From a virus (taxonomy: Duplodnaviria > Caudoviricetes): a DNA stretch of 24,272 nt. A program made the position numbers and the translations under genes. Below are positions 23,449-24,272 of this stretch, one piece after another; the first letter of the stretch is position 1; each line of letters begins with the position of its first letter. The notes under the pieces are model-generated. The model was not told the origin of the DNA and did no database searches. It saw only the letters and a list, made by a program, of their open reading frames with translations. Location of the stretch: IMG/VR virus record IMGVR_UViG_3300040985_000790, positions 1 to 24,272 of that record, one strand, 5' to 3'.

Positions 23449-23483
23449 GCACCTGAGTATGTGTTTAAAAGGCTCAGTTTTTT
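23449..23483 (+). terminator. terminator-like stem (CTGAGT/GCTCAG + T6), possibly a pseudoknot
   Basis: intergenic after rIIB; additional GCAC/GTGT pairing possible. Confidence 0.4.
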
Positions 23484-23496
23484 GAAAGGAAATAGG

Positions 23497-23670
23497 ATGG
23501 ATGATCATTGTCCTGTATTAGACACTGTTGAGTTTAATGCTAGAGAGAAATGCCGTAACTGTGCAATACAACAACGTAATCGTAACGCTGCTTATGAACA
23601 TAAGATTGCTATGCTTAAAAACGTACTCGGCAACCGCATCGAAGAACTTGAGGCTGAGATGCGGCGATAA
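23497..23670 (+). CDS. 57-aa hypothetical protein
   Basis: AAAGGA RBS; CRNC; C-terminal 'RIEELEAE' coiled coil. Confidence 0.6.
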   Translation: MDDHCPVLDTVEFNAREKCRNCAIQQRNRNAAYEHKIAMLKNVLGNRIEELEAEMRR

Positions 23671-23711
23671 TCACCGCAGGTTAAAACTGCACTTGAACTT
23701 GAGGAGAAGAT

Positions 23712-23789
23712 ATGGAATATAAAATATGGCTTGAAAAAGCCATCAAAGATTATTGGGTACGCTACCAGCGTATGGAAGGGTTTGAGTAA
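23712..23789 (+). CDS. 25-aa peptide (MEYKIWLEKAIKDYWVRYQRMEGFE)
   Basis: strong GAGGAG RBS 5 nt upstream. Confidence 0.45.
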   Translation: MEYKIWLEKAIKDYWVRYQRMEGFE

Positions 23790-23825
23790 TGAGCCTATGC
23801 AGCAATATTATTTGGTCTTTAGATA

Positions 23826-24209
23826 ATGAAAAGGAGAATGACGGTGGTTGACGCGAAGATGACAGCGCCGGTAATAGATTTGGAAACGACATATCGGCCC
23901 GATAAGGCGGTAAAGGTCCTTAATATGCACCATACCGGAACACCCGAAGTCATCGAGTTTAGCGGTGAGGTTTTTGATAATCGGCGCTCGGTCGATGCAC
24001 TGATGGCGCAGCTTGCCAAAACCAAGAAAACGGCGGAGCGGCTGCAAAAAGTGATGGAGAAAATATGGTCCGAAGTGCGCGGCGGCGTCCCCATGACTAT
24101 GCCAACGGTGCAACATATTCGCGCCCTGCAACGCATTCATGGGGTTGCTCAAGCCGCTCTGTACACGAACCCACCAACGCCCGTTTACCCAAAATCGGAG
24201 GAAAGCTGA
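23826..24209 (+). CDS. hypothetical protein (start uncertain), GC-richer than the rest of the arm
   Basis: 127-aa ORF; TGATG overlap with next gene; AAGGAG near the start. Confidence 0.65.
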   Translation: MKRRMTVVDAKMTAPVIDLETTYRPDKAVKVLNMHHTGTPEVIEFSGEVFDNRRSVDALMAQLAKTKKTAERLQKVMEKIWSEVRGGVPMTMPTVQHIRALQRIHGVAQAALYTNPPTPVYPKSEES

Positions 24210-24272
24210 TGGCTGACCTAATCGCTGTCATGCGAAAGATGGTTCAGGATATAATTGATAACCCAATCCGCT
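24209..24272 (+). CDS. partial hypothetical protein (MADLIAVMRKMVQDIIDNPIR...)
   Basis: GGAGG RBS, TGATG coupling, open to the window end. Confidence 0.55.
   Translation, partial: MADLIAVMRKMVQDIIDNPIR

Noticed and set aside
13105-24152. Minus-strand ORFs in the early arm (e.g. 20462-20863, 23808-24152)
   Set aside because: Antisense to tightly packed RBS-bearing plus-strand genes.

Overview
A 24.3-kb piece of a tailed dsDNA bacteriophage genome (Caudoviricetes, probably podovirus-like, resembling uncultured aquatic phages) made of two divergent arms. The left arm (minus strand, about 1-10830) is the head and packaging module: terminase large subunit, portal, GroES, scaffold-like protein, major capsid protein, a probable adaptor and very Lys-rich proteins, with four sigma70-like promoters. 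A ~0.9-kb non-coding junction (10830-11750) is dense in repeats and palindromes. The right arm (plus strand) is an early/accessory region. It holds ~35 mostly small ORFs (a bL12-like domain, an HD/alarmone-hydrolase-like protein, GP88, an HNH nuclease, a SLOG/DUF2493 protein, rIIA/rIIB), tRNA-Cys and tRNA-Trp. The most striking unexplained signal is a family of seven ~50-nt intergenic hairpins (TTAG-N4/5-ACA(CT)...(AGA)TGT-N4-CTTA). They show compensatory base changes and each sits just before the start of an early gene. All protein calls come from motif recognition by eye; no database search was run.
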